NCBI GenBank assembly: GCA_041550515.1
Contig: JBFEOQ010000001.1
Location: 50,998-114,997 of the forward strand
Direction: 5' to 3'
DNA: 64,000 nt
From: Thermoplasmatota archaeon
GTDB lineage: Archaea; Thermoplasmatota; E2; DHVEG-1
In this document: positions 1 through 8,662 of the stretch, piece by piece
Layout: each line of letters begins with the position of its first letter
How positions within the stretch are numbered: the stretch's first letter is position 1
Program-made: the position numbers and the translations under genes
Notes under the pieces: model-generated
Seen by the model: only the letters and a program-made list of their open reading frames with translations
Told to the model about the DNA's origin: nothing
Database searches by the model: none

Positions 1-265
1 AATAACTAAAAATAGATTAAATATAATCGAAAAAGCAGAAGATGTTTTACTTTCTCTTGGTATAAAACAATTTCGTGTTCGTTTCCATAGTGAAATTGCA
101 AGAATTGAAGTTAAAAAGAATGATTTTTTAATTATTTTAAATAATTCAGAAATAATTGGTAAAAAATTTAAAGAAATTGGATTTAAATACATTACTCTCG
201 ATATCGAAGGATTTAGAAGTGGAAGTATGAATGAGGTCCTAAACCTACCAAATATCACAGGTTAA
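1..265 (+). CDS. larE: LarE-family sulfur transferase (nickel-pincer cofactor biosynthesis), 5'-truncated by the window edge
   Basis: Not in the ORF track. Frame starting at nt 2 reads ...IEKAEDVLLSLGIKQFRVRFHSEIARIEV...GFKYITLDIEGFRSGSMNE, the typical LarE C-terminus. Stop TAA 263-265, directly upstream of larB and larC. Confidence 0.88.
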   Translation, partial: ITKNRLNIIEKAEDVLLSLGIKQFRVRFHSEIARIEVKKNDFLIILNNSEIIGKKFKEIGFKYITLDIEGFRSGSMNEVLNLPNITG

Positions 266-285
266 ACAGATTTTTGGAGAAAAAT

Positions 286-1014
286 ATGGAAGAAAAATTA
301 ATAAATTTTAAAAATGGTAAAATCAGTCTCAAAGAAATTTTAGAAGAAATAAAAAAACTACCATATGAAGATCTTGGTTTTGCTAAAATTGACAAGCACA
401 GAAAAATTAGAAAAGGTTTTCCTGAAACAGTTTTTTGTAAAGGAAAAACATTAAAACAAATAATTAAAATTATTGAAAATAAAAATAAAGAAAAACATAA
501 TATTCTTGCTACAAAAGCAAATGAAAAAATTTTTAAAGCAGTGAAAAAAAAGTTTCCAAAAGCAGAATATAACAATTATGCTAAGATGATCATTATTAAA
601 AAAGAAAAAATAAAACCTAAAAAAGGAAAAATACTAATTATTACTGCAGGAACATCAGATATTCCTATTGCTGAGGAAGCAACAGTTACAGCAGAACTTA
701 TGGGAAATAAGATAGAAAAAGTATACGACGTTGGAGTGGCAGGTGTACACAGATTATTAGATATAAAAGAAAAAATTTTTGAAGCAAATGTTATAATTGT
801 AATCGCAGGGATGGAAGGAGCATTAGCTAGTATAGTTGGGGGACTAACATCAAAACCAGTGATCGCTGTTCCGACAAGCGTTGGTTATGGTGCAAATTTT
901 AAGGGAATTGCGCCATTACTTACAATGATGAATTGCTGTGCAGAAGGTGTAGTCGTTGTAAATATAGATAACGGCTTTGGTGCAGGATATTTTGCTAGTT
1001 TAATTAATAGGTGA
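286..1014 (+). CDS. larB: Nickel-pincer cofactor biosynthesis protein LarB (PurE-like carboxylase/hydrolase)
   Basis: Motifs DLGFAKID.HR..RKGFPE, TAGTSD, DVGVAGVHRL, AGMEGAL, AVPTSVGYGA, VVNIDNGFGAG. ATG 286 follows GGAGA; the track starts at TTG 274. Confidence 0.95.
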   Translation: MEEKLINFKNGKISLKEILEEIKKLPYEDLGFAKIDKHRKIRKGFPETVFCKGKTLKQIIKIIENKNKEKHNILATKANEKIFKAVKKKFPKAEYNNYAKMIIIKKEKIKPKKGKILIITAGTSDIPIAEEATVTAELMGNKIEKVYDVGVAGVHRLLDIKEKIFEANVIIVIAGMEGALASIVGGLTSKPVIAVPTSVGYGANFKGIAPLLTMMNCCAEGVVVVNIDNGFGAGYFASLINR

Positions 1015-1018
1015 ATTT

Positions 1019-1756
1019 ATGAATATAGCTTATTTTGATTGTTTTTCTGGTATAGCAGGGGATATGATACTTGGTGCATTAATTGATCTAGGGGTAGATA
1101 TAGAGTTTTTAAAAAAAGAATTAAAAAAAATTAATTTATCTGGTTATAACATTAATGTCAAAAAAGTTGAAAAAAACCATATATCAGGAAGCGATGTATA
1201 CATAAAAGTTGAGAAATCCCAACAATACAGAAGTTACAGTGATATTAAAGAGCTTATAAAAAGTAGTTCTCTGGATAATGAAATAAAAAAAAATAGTATA
1301 AAGATTTTCCATAAATTAGCTCAAGTTGAAGGTAAAATACATAGTATTCCAACTGATAAAGTACATTTTCATGAAATAGGAGCCATTGATTCAATAATTG
1401 ATATAGTTGGAGCAATCATTTGTATAACAAAATTAGATTTAAAAGAAATATATTGCTCTCCTCTACCACTTGGAAAAGGGTTTGTCAAATGTGCCCATGG
1501 TCTATTACCAATTCCTGCACCTGCAACAGTAGAAATATTGAAAAATATACCTGTTTATCAAACTAATAGGAAACAAGAGCTTGTCACACCAACAGGAGCT
1601 GCAATTATTACAACAATTACTAAACAATTTGGTGAAAGTCCATCCATGAAAATTAATAAAATAGGGTATGGTGCAGGTAAAACAAAAAGTATATACCCAA
1701 ATTTGTTAAGAATTCTTATAGGTAAAAAAGAAAATATAAAAAAGGAAAAAAATTAA
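1019..1756 (+). CDS. larC: Nickel insertion protein LarC, N-terminal (LarC1-like) portion only
   Basis: YFDCFSGIAGDM.LGAL, VHFHEIGAIDSIIDI, CAHG..PIPAPAT, ELVTPTGAA, GYGAG...PNLLR. Only 245 aa. Confidence 0.9.
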   Translation: MNIAYFDCFSGIAGDMILGALIDLGVDIEFLKKELKKINLSGYNINVKKVEKNHISGSDVYIKVEKSQQYRSYSDIKELIKSSSLDNEIKKNSIKIFHKLAQVEGKIHSIPTDKVHFHEIGAIDSIIDIVGAIICITKLDLKEIYCSPLPLGKGFVKCAHGLLPIPAPATVEILKNIPVYQTNRKQELVTPTGAAIITTITKQFGESPSMKINKIGYGAGKTKSIYPNLLRILIGKKENIKKEKN

Positions 1757-1758
1757 TT

Positions 1759-2049
1759 TTAGAATTTTACTAATTTATTAATTTTTGATTTATCTATTGT
1801 TACAAATATTTTCCATATAATAAATATTGCTGTTGTTATTACAACACCTATTAAAATATCCATGTAAATATTTTCTCCAATAAAAAATAATTCACCGTTC
1901 CACCAGTGATCAACCATGCCAAATATTGCGGCTCCTACTAATAAAAGATTTAGCCACAGATGATGTACATTATTTTTCAAAGATGTTGTATTTTTTCTCA
2001 TTATCCCATGGATAATTGCAACAGCGGTTGGTACAACATAACAAACCAT
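1759..2049 (-). CDS. Small hypothetical membrane protein (about 3 hydrophobic segments), divergent from nikR
   Basis: MVCYVVP...HHLWLNLLLVGAAIFGMVDHWWNGE...; SD AGGAGGT (2067-2061) upstream of ATG 2049. Confidence 0.75.
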   Translation of the reverse strand: MVCYVVPTAVAIIHGIMRKNTTSLKNNVHHLWLNLLLVGAAIFGMVDHWWNGELFFIGENIYMDILIGVVITTAIFIIWKIFVTIDKSKINKLVKF

Positions 2050-2122
2050 TTTATTATTCAACCTCCTATAATATAATTATATTTTTCTCAGGGTATCTAT
2101 ATAGATCAATTAATAGTTTTTG

Positions 2123-2171
2123 GTAACACAAATTATAAATTCGTGCTACGAATACTATTAAAAAGTGTTAC
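2123..2171. promoter_or_regulatory. Candidate NikR operator
   Basis: GTAACAC(2123-2129)-N13-GTGCTAC(2143-2149) inverted repeat with one mismatch, plus a third copy GTGTTAC (2165-2171) next to the nikR ATG. Confidence 0.55.
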
Positions 2172-2172
2172 T

Positions 2173-2586
2173 ATGAAAGAAAAAATAACCAGATTTGGTG
2201 TAAGTATAGAATTAGAACTACTTAATAAATTTGATAAAATTATTAAAAAAGAAGGATACACTAACAGGAGTGAAAAAATTAGGGATTTAATAAGAAGAAA
2301 TCTAATTGACCAGAGTATAAAAGATCCTGCCTCAGAAGCAATAGGAACCCTCACCATATTATACGACCACCATACCAGCAATCTTACAAATAAATTAATT
2401 AACCTACAACATAAATATCATAATGAAATATTAACAAATACACATATACATATAGATCATCATAACTGTTTAGAAGTTTTAGTTTTAGAAGGTAAAACTG
2501 GAAAAATAAAGACACTTTCAGAAAAAATAATAGCCTTAAAAGGAATAAAAAATGGAGAGTTAGTAATTACAAAAAGTTCTACTTAG
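2173..2586 (+). CDS. nikR: Nickel-responsive transcriptional regulator NikR
   Basis: Ribbon-helix-helix start RFGVSI...FD..I...GY.NRSE.IRDLIR; Ni-site segment YDHH...QH...HIHIDHHNCLEV. Confidence 0.95.
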   Translation: MKEKITRFGVSIELELLNKFDKIIKKEGYTNRSEKIRDLIRRNLIDQSIKDPASEAIGTLTILYDHHTSNLTNKLINLQHKYHNEILTNTHIHIDHHNCLEVLVLEGKTGKIKTLSEKIIALKGIKNGELVITKSST

Positions 2587-2794
2587 CAGCTTTTTCAACT
2601 ACTTCATTTAACTCTTTTACAAATCGATTAGCATCAATTCCATGAACGTTGGTTATATCACTTATTTTTTCAAAACTAGCAGCGATACAACCGATACAAC
2701 CCATATTATACTTCTGAAAAACAGAAATAACCTCAGGATGTTTTTCAATAACCTCACTTATATTCATATCCACTGTTATTTTTTCATTTGACAT
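2579..2794 (-). CDS. DUF1858-family small protein
   Basis: ITVDMNISEVIEKHPE...F..YNMGCIGC.AA.FE.I......HGID; AGGTGA SD before ATG 2794. Confidence 0.85.
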   Translation of the reverse strand: MSNEKITVDMNISEVIEKHPEVISVFQKYNMGCIGCIAASFEKISDITNVHGIDANRFVKELNEVVEKAAK

Positions 2795-2862
2795 ATTAAT
2801 TTTCACCTTGATTTAACAATTGTTACTATATATGAACTATATGAATAAAAACTATAAAAAAT

Positions 2863-2939
2863 TTTGTAGGGAGAAAATCCGGATGGAGCAATTAGCTAAT
2901 GAAAATGAAACATTAGAATAACCATCCGGTTTATACAAA
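2863..2939. ncRNA. Putative structured intergenic element (three nested helices), function unknown
   Basis: TTTGTA 2863-2868 / TACAAA 2934-2939; CCGGATGG 2879-2886 / CCATCCGG 2922-2929; CTAATG 2896-2901 / CATTAG 2911-2916. Confidence 0.4.
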
Positions 2940-3064
2940 CTCTTAAAATATTATTTTTTTCTGAATATTTAAAGAAAAGCAGAAGATAATTGTAAGTATT
3001 AAAAATTTTAATAATACTAAAAAAAGGTAAAAATGAAATTAGATGGTTAGATTAATAATAAAAT

Positions 3065-3481
3065 TTATATGTCAAATAAAACTTGAACTCTACAAAACTT
3101 ATTCTTTTTAACCTCAAGCATATGATAAGTAACAGCCTTAATTTCAGCACCAATTTTATGCTTAGATAGGTTAAATCTTTCCCCATAAAACGTACCTTTT
3201 AAACTATTATTAAATTCATCAACATCTATTTTAAAAAAACCAAAAACTAAGTTATTTGCACTATGAAGATATAAAAGTTCAGAAAGAAAATCAACAAGCA
3301 ACTGCTCAAGATCATATGCAGATAGTTCAATATTATATTGACCCGTACTTTCCACTTCAGAATTATCTGTAATAATATCAAACATTCCTTTAGCAGCATT
3401 TTCAAAGGCTTCAGAAAGTGTTTTACCATAGGCTTTTACCCCTGCATCTGCAGTATGATCAATTAAATCATATTTTTTCAT
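3065..3481 (-). CDS. Archease (RtcB tRNA ligase cofactor)
   Basis: Y.LIDHTAD.G..AYG.TL.EAF.NAA; EIKAVTYH; C-terminal FDI. Likely start ATG 3481. Confidence 0.95.
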   Translation of the reverse strand: MKKYDLIDHTADAGVKAYGKTLSEAFENAAKGMFDIITDNSEVESTGQYNIELSAYDLEQLLVDFLSELLYLHSANNLVFGFFKIDVDEFNNSLKGTFYGERFNLSKHKIGAEIKAVTYHMLEVKKNKFCRVQVLFDI

Positions 3482-3543
3482 ATAAAAACTCTCATTTTTA
3501 AAAATATTAGTAATAATAAACATCTAACTAAACATATAGTTTT

Positions 3544-3909
3544 TCAAATTTCTAAATATTTTAAACTATGTAACTGACTTATAAATAAAAACAATCGTTG
3601 ATCTATATTTTTTTCATCTGGAAACTCTTTTTGTAATATTTCTAAAATTTTCTTTACTGTATTAACACCATTACAATTTTGCCAAACAATACTACCAACT
3701 TTATCCATATTGCCAATAAAAAAATTATCTTTTTTAATTATACAACAAAAAGATTTTCCAAAGTTACTTTTAAACTTTGGAATTTTTATTTCAACAAGAC
3801 CATTATTAATCTTCCAGTCCAAATCAATCCTTTTAGGCGTAAATTTTAGGAATTCTTCTTCTGTTGGAATTAATGATTTCTTATTTTTACTATTTTTTAT
3901 CACTTGCAA
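3544..3909 (-). CDS. PqqD-like (RRE-fold) protein
   Basis: MDKVGSIVWQNCNG.NTV..I...L...F......RL..FI.QL....YL matches the PqqD winged-helix pattern; overlaps the OPT 3' end. Confidence 0.7.
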   Translation of the reverse strand: MQVIKNSKNKKSLIPTEEEFLKFTPKRIDLDWKINNGLVEIKIPKFKSNFGKSFCCIIKKDNFFIGNMDKVGSIVWQNCNGVNTVKKILEILQKEFPDEKNIDQRLFLFISQLHSLKYLEI

Positions 3910-5929
3910 AGATTTCCCTCAGTGGAATGTAAGCAAGAAGCACTGCTACAAACAAAAATACTAATATACTTGGAAGTATCGGTGGGAAATTAAATATTGA
4001 AAGATCAATTCCACCAATTATTAGGAAAGCAACAATTACACCCATAAGTGCTTCTCCAGCGATTAAACCTGCTGTTAGAAGTAAACCACTTCTTATAATC
4101 TTTTCCTTTGGTTTAACATCAGTTTGTTTAATTGCAAGCTCCCAATCACTAATTTCCTCTTCTTCGGCACTGCCATATTTCCTGGAGATAACTCTGTTTG
4201 TAAAATGTCTTACTATCCCACCAAAGAAAATTGGAACACTTAAAGTAAATGGTAAATATATGCCTATTGCCACTGGTAAAACAGGTAAATCTATTAAAAT
4301 CAAAACAAATGCAAGAACAGCTCCAGCAAGAACAAATGGCCAGACCATACCACCGCCAAGTACTCCTTGAACAATACCACTCATGAGGAATGCTTGTGGA
4401 GCAGGTAAATTAGTACTACCAATCTTATATGCTTGATTTAATGCAGATACTACCAATGCAAGAACTGGCGCTGCTGCGAGAACTCCAACAAGTTCTGCAA
4501 TCTGCTGGTTTCTAGGTGTTGCACCTATCATTTGACCACAAGTCATAGATTGAAGTACGTCTCCAGAAATAGCAGCTGCACAACAAATAATTGCTGCAAT
4601 AAGAATTGCTATTCCATATGCCCCAACATTACCAGAAAGACCAAAACCAAGCAAAATAAGGGATGTTATTAGAAGTACTGAAACCGTTACACCACTTATT
4701 GGGTTATTTGAACTACCAAGGAGTCCTGCCATATATCCAGCGATAGCACTAGCAATAAAAGCAAATAATATTGCAAATACTGCCATTACTCCAGATATAA
4801 CCCATTCACTTGAAATATAACCATAAAGCAAAAACACAGGTATAGTAAGTGCACCTATTGCTAGAAATACTAGTTTAAAGTTTAAATCTTGATCGGTACG
4901 TTTTTTAACAGATCCGCCCCCACTTTTTAATCCAATAACTGCTTCTTTTATACCTTCTGAAAGATTTGAGCGAAGTTTAAAAATTGTATAAAGACCACCT
5001 ACAACCATTGCACCTACACCTATGTAGCGAATGTATGTACCCCAAATGTTAAAGAAACCCCAAATTTTAGTACCAAGTTCTAGATTACCCGCTCCAAGAC
5101 CTAGAACATCCTTTAAAATCTCTGGATTTCCTAAATCTGGTGATGGTAAACCAGTTGCTAGAGCAATAAGTGGTGCAAGAATAACCCATCCAATAAGACC
5201 TCCAACAAAAACAAAAGATGCTATTCTAGGTCCTATAATCCATCCTACACCTAGAAGTGCAGGCGATGTTGCAATACCACCATATAAAACAGCATCTTTT
5301 TCACCTCCACCTATATTGTATTTACCAATGTTTAGAAGACCATGAATTTGACCTGCTAAAGATTTTAAACCTACTTGTGCAAATTTAAAAAGACCTGCAA
5401 CTGCAACACCAATAACGAGCCAAATACCACTAGTAGATTTTTCTTCTGTTGCCGTTTCACCACCAACAGTCGTAGTTAGCACAGCTGCTACAGCTACACC
5501 TTCAGGAAAAGGTAAATCAGTTTTTATAATAAGTGCACGTCGCAGAGGTATCATCCAAAGAACGCCAAGAATACCTCCCAATAGCGCAATAATAGTTGTT
5601 TCAAAATATTGAATCTCAGTCCAGGTTCCAAGAATAACAAGAGCGGGGATAGTAAAAATAACACCTGCAGCAAGTGCTTCACCAGCAGCAGCACCCATCA
5701 TTCCAATATTTACTTCAAGGATAGTACCTTTAAAGGGTTTAAGAAATGCAAAAGCCATAACTGCTCCAGGAATTACCGCTGAAACTGTCATACCAGCATA
5801 TAAACCCAAGTATGCATTAGCAGCGCCCAGAACTATTGCTAAAACAGCTCCAACTAGCATTGCTTTAATCGTTAATTCAGGTATTTTTTTTGCTGCTGGA
5901 ATAAAAGATTTGAAATCTTCGCGCGACAT
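3890..5929 (-). CDS. OPT-family oligopeptide transporter
   Basis: PELT.KA...G...A...GAANAYLGL.AG.TVSA.IP, LPFPEG.A.A.VL, GSSNNPISG, GATP..QQ, LPAPQA.LM; polytopic. Confidence 0.95.
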   Translation of the reverse strand: MSREDFKSFIPAAKKIPELTIKAMLVGAVLAIVLGAANAYLGLYAGMTVSAVIPGAVMAFAFLKPFKGTILEVNIGMMGAAAGEALAAGVIFTIPALVILGTWTEIQYFETTIIALLGGILGVLWMIPLRRALIIKTDLPFPEGVAVAAVLTTTVGGETATEEKSTSGIWLVIGVAVAGLFKFAQVGLKSLAGQIHGLLNIGKYNIGGGEKDAVLYGGIATSPALLGVGWIIGPRIASFVFVGGLIGWVILAPLIALATGLPSPDLGNPEILKDVLGLGAGNLELGTKIWGFFNIWGTYIRYIGVGAMVVGGLYTIFKLRSNLSEGIKEAVIGLKSGGGSVKKRTDQDLNFKLVFLAIGALTIPVFLLYGYISSEWVISGVMAVFAILFAFIASAIAGYMAGLLGSSNNPISGVTVSVLLITSLILLGFGLSGNVGAYGIAILIAAIICCAAAISGDVLQSMTCGQMIGATPRNQQIAELVGVLAAAPVLALVVSALNQAYKIGSTNLPAPQAFLMSGIVQGVLGGGMVWPFVLAGAVLAFVLILIDLPVLPVAIGIYLPFTLSVPIFFGGIVRHFTNRVISRKYGSAEEEEISDWELAIKQTDVKPKEKIIRSGLLLTAGLIAGEALMGVIVAFLIIGGIDLSIFNFPPILPSILVFLFVAVLLAYIPLREIFASDKK

Positions 5930-6043
5930 ATTGAAATCCTATGGATATTAATATTGAGTATTATTTATATAACTATCGGTTTAAATTAATTAATTTATTC
6001 ATTTATCTATATTAATTTTTTTTAAAAATATTTTTTTATATAT

Positions 6044-7291
6044 TTAGTTTTCAAGTGGATAACGAAGAATTCCTGCAATTCCATTAAAAGCAGAATATAG
6101 TGAATCCCCTTCTTCACTACTAGAAGATATAATTTCAACCATTGAACTAGTTTTTTCAGCTAAATCAGAAAACTCGTCAATAAGATCTATTTTATCTTCT
6201 ATCTCCATTTTCATTTGATTACTACATTTAGAACAATTTGGTGTATTAAATTCCTCTAGATCATCTTCAGAAATAGTCCTCCACTCAAAATAATTACAAG
6301 TTGAGCAAACAAGCTTTACTCTAAATTTACGCAAATTTTCAGAAAGAAGAAGTATATCAACTGCACCGATTTCAAGTGCTTTACGAGTCTCTGATTCGCC
6401 ATAAACTGCAAGACTATCCTTTGTTTTAGTAACCTCTTTAAGAAAACGTTTCATAATTTTTTTTTCCGAAGAAATCTTAAGAGAAGTCATAGTTTCAGAA
6501 GCAGTACTAACAAGTTCCCTAAGTCCAAATTCATCAGTGTAACCAGTATCAAATGTATTAATTATTTTATTCTGAATTTCATAATGAAGATAACTTTCTT
6601 CAACAAAATAATGTTTAGTAGGGCCGGGACCACCAACTAAAATTCCTTTAATGTTTTCCTCTTGCATAAAAATTTCACTTGCGGTTTCACCACATTTTAC
6701 AAACCATTCATGAGCTGCGATCTCAGTCAGACGTTCAAAACGACGCTGAGATTGTCCGCCGCGACCATGCTTACCCGGAACCTGACTGGTCATATATTTC
6801 AAAAGTTGAACATGGTTTCCCTTCAAGATACCAATAGTACATTCACGACGATCTAAAAGAAGTAAACCATATATTTCTTTTTCAACAAGTAGAGATTCTA
6901 ACGGTTCAATATAAAACTTTGAGTCACAACGATAAAGAAAAATAGTTATTGGTTGTGGTGGTTCAATAATATACGCAACCATCTCAGTTTTATCTGCACT
7001 GATACCTTTATGACCAACAAAAAAAACAATACCATTCTCAGGGGGTTGTTTAAAATTTTTAAGCCTACTCATAATAGACTCAATTGCGGAGAGAACATTT
7101 TTCATTGTAGTTTTGGATTTAATATTCTGAGATTGTGAATATTCATTACGTAGATAAGCCACAACATCATAAATTTGCTTACTTGGTGGTATATACAATG
7201 ATATAAGTTCAGTATGACGTCCTTTGCATGCTTTAAGCTCCTCAAGTTTTCGCTTCAGATCATATTTCTGCCGTTGCGTCATCTCGGTCAT
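6044..7291 (-). CDS. prf1: Peptide chain release factor aRF1
   Basis: GRHTELISLYIPP, NIKS, YRCDS, GKHGRGGQSQRRF; CxxC...CxxC mini-domain. Confidence 0.97.
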   Translation of the reverse strand: MTEMTQRQKYDLKRKLEELKACKGRHTELISLYIPPSKQIYDVVAYLRNEYSQSQNIKSKTTMKNVLSAIESIMSRLKNFKQPPENGIVFFVGHKGISADKTEMVAYIIEPPQPITIFLYRCDSKFYIEPLESLLVEKEIYGLLLLDRRECTIGILKGNHVQLLKYMTSQVPGKHGRGGQSQRRFERLTEIAAHEWFVKCGETASEIFMQEENIKGILVGGPGPTKHYFVEESYLHYEIQNKIINTFDTGYTDEFGLRELVSTASETMTSLKISSEKKIMKRFLKEVTKTKDSLAVYGESETRKALEIGAVDILLLSENLRKFRVKLVCSTCNYFEWRTISEDDLEEFNTPNCSKCSNQMKMEIEDKIDLIDEFSDLAEKTSSMVEIISSSSEEGDSLYSAFNGIAGILRYPLEN

Positions 7292-7367
7292 TTTTCGTAT
7301 TTCACCTTTATTTTCTAGTATTAATAATTATAAATAAAACAATAATATAAGTCTTATCAAAAATATG

Positions 7368-8615
7368 TTACAAGTTTACTATTTCTCCAGTCATAGGTTT
7401 AAAAACCTCGGCAAAGTCACTAAGAGGTTTAACTAATGCCTCGCGATTATCACTATGCATAACAACAATTTTTTCAGGTTTACATTTCTTAGCAAAATCT
7501 ATAAGTTCACTATGACCAGCATGTGCAGAGAGATCAAAATATTCAACCTCACAAAAAACTTTTTGTCTTACACCATAAAAACTTAGCATTTTATGATCAA
7601 ACAGAAGACGAGCATTACTCTCAGGAACTTGATAACCAGTTAAAAGAACAGCATTTTTTTTATCATCCTTAAGTTTATTCATATAACTTAAGATAGGTCC
7701 GCCATCCATCATACCACTAGATGTAAGAATGACTTCAGCTTTTTTCATAGCTAATTTTCTACCATGATCTGAATGAACCATGTTAATTTTATTAATCGCT
7801 TTCCGTAAATCATCAGATGATTTTAAAAAACGAGGATATTTTAAAAAAATTCTTGTAACTTTTTGACCCATACCATCAAACCAAACATTATAACCAGATT
7901 TTTTTAAAACCATTGCAATCTCTTGAGACCTAGAAACAGCAAACGCAGGAAGAATCGCAATACCTCCTCTTGCGATAACCTCATCCATCTTATCAAGCAT
8001 GCTCTTTTCAATTTCTTCTCTTTTTGCAGGATGATCACGTCCTGCATAAGTTCCTTCAAGAAATAAAATATCACATGAAACTGGTTTTGTTCCTTTTACA
8101 ATATTAGTATCGGTTGTATTAAAATCACCAGTGAAAAGAATTTTTTTATCACCTATTATCTCAAACATGATAGCCCCAGGTATATGACCTGCATCATGAA
8201 ATTTTACTTGATTTGAATCGCCTAGCTCTCTTGTTTGATTAGGATTGATAGGTGTTACCGCATGTTTTGCTTCTTTGACATCATTTGGGCTAAATGGTAT
8301 CGCATAACCTTCATTTTTTGCAATAGTTATACTATCTTTATGCAAAATATTTGCAACTTCTCCAGTTAATTTTGTTGTAAGAATTTTTTGATCATATCTA
8401 GAAAAAAGCCATGGTATCATACCAGAGTGATCAAGATGAGCGTGTGTAAGCATAACAATATCAACAGGATCAGATTGCATTGGAAAACTAGGTGGTTTAC
8501 CTGGAAGCATACCATATTCAAATAAAATTCTAACATCATCTAATTCTAAAATCATTGCTAATCTGCCAACTTCTTCACAACCTCCAAGAAATTGAATTTT
8601 AATACTGCCATTCAT
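7368..8615 (-). CDS. Beta-CASP metallo-beta-lactamase ribonuclease (aCPSF2-like)
   Basis: FLGG..EVGR, THAHLDHSG, AGHIPG, FTGD, EGTY, SAHAG, HS. Confidence 0.9.
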   Translation of the reverse strand: MNGSIKIQFLGGCEEVGRLAMILELDDVRILFEYGMLPGKPPSFPMQSDPVDIVMLTHAHLDHSGMIPWLFSRYDQKILTTKLTGEVANILHKDSITIAKNEGYAIPFSPNDVKEAKHAVTPINPNQTRELGDSNQVKFHDAGHIPGAIMFEIIGDKKILFTGDFNTTDTNIVKGTKPVSCDILFLEGTYAGRDHPAKREEIEKSMLDKMDEVIARGGIAILPAFAVSRSQEIAMVLKKSGYNVWFDGMGQKVTRIFLKYPRFLKSSDDLRKAINKINMVHSDHGRKLAMKKAEVILTSSGMMDGGPILSYMNKLKDDKKNAVLLTGYQVPESNARLLFDHKMLSFYGVRQKVFCEVEYFDLSAHAGHSELIDFAKKCKPEKIVVMHSDNREALVKPLSDFAEVFKPMTGEIVNL

Positions 8616-8662
8616 CTTTTAATCCTGGACAGGGTATTTTACAAGAGTTGATTAATGTTTGG

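Noticed and set aside
1720..1800. Programmed frameshift from larC into a LarC2 domain at the A-rich 3' end
   Set aside because: No LarC2-like sequence follows; the downstream DNA is the 3' end of a convergent gene.
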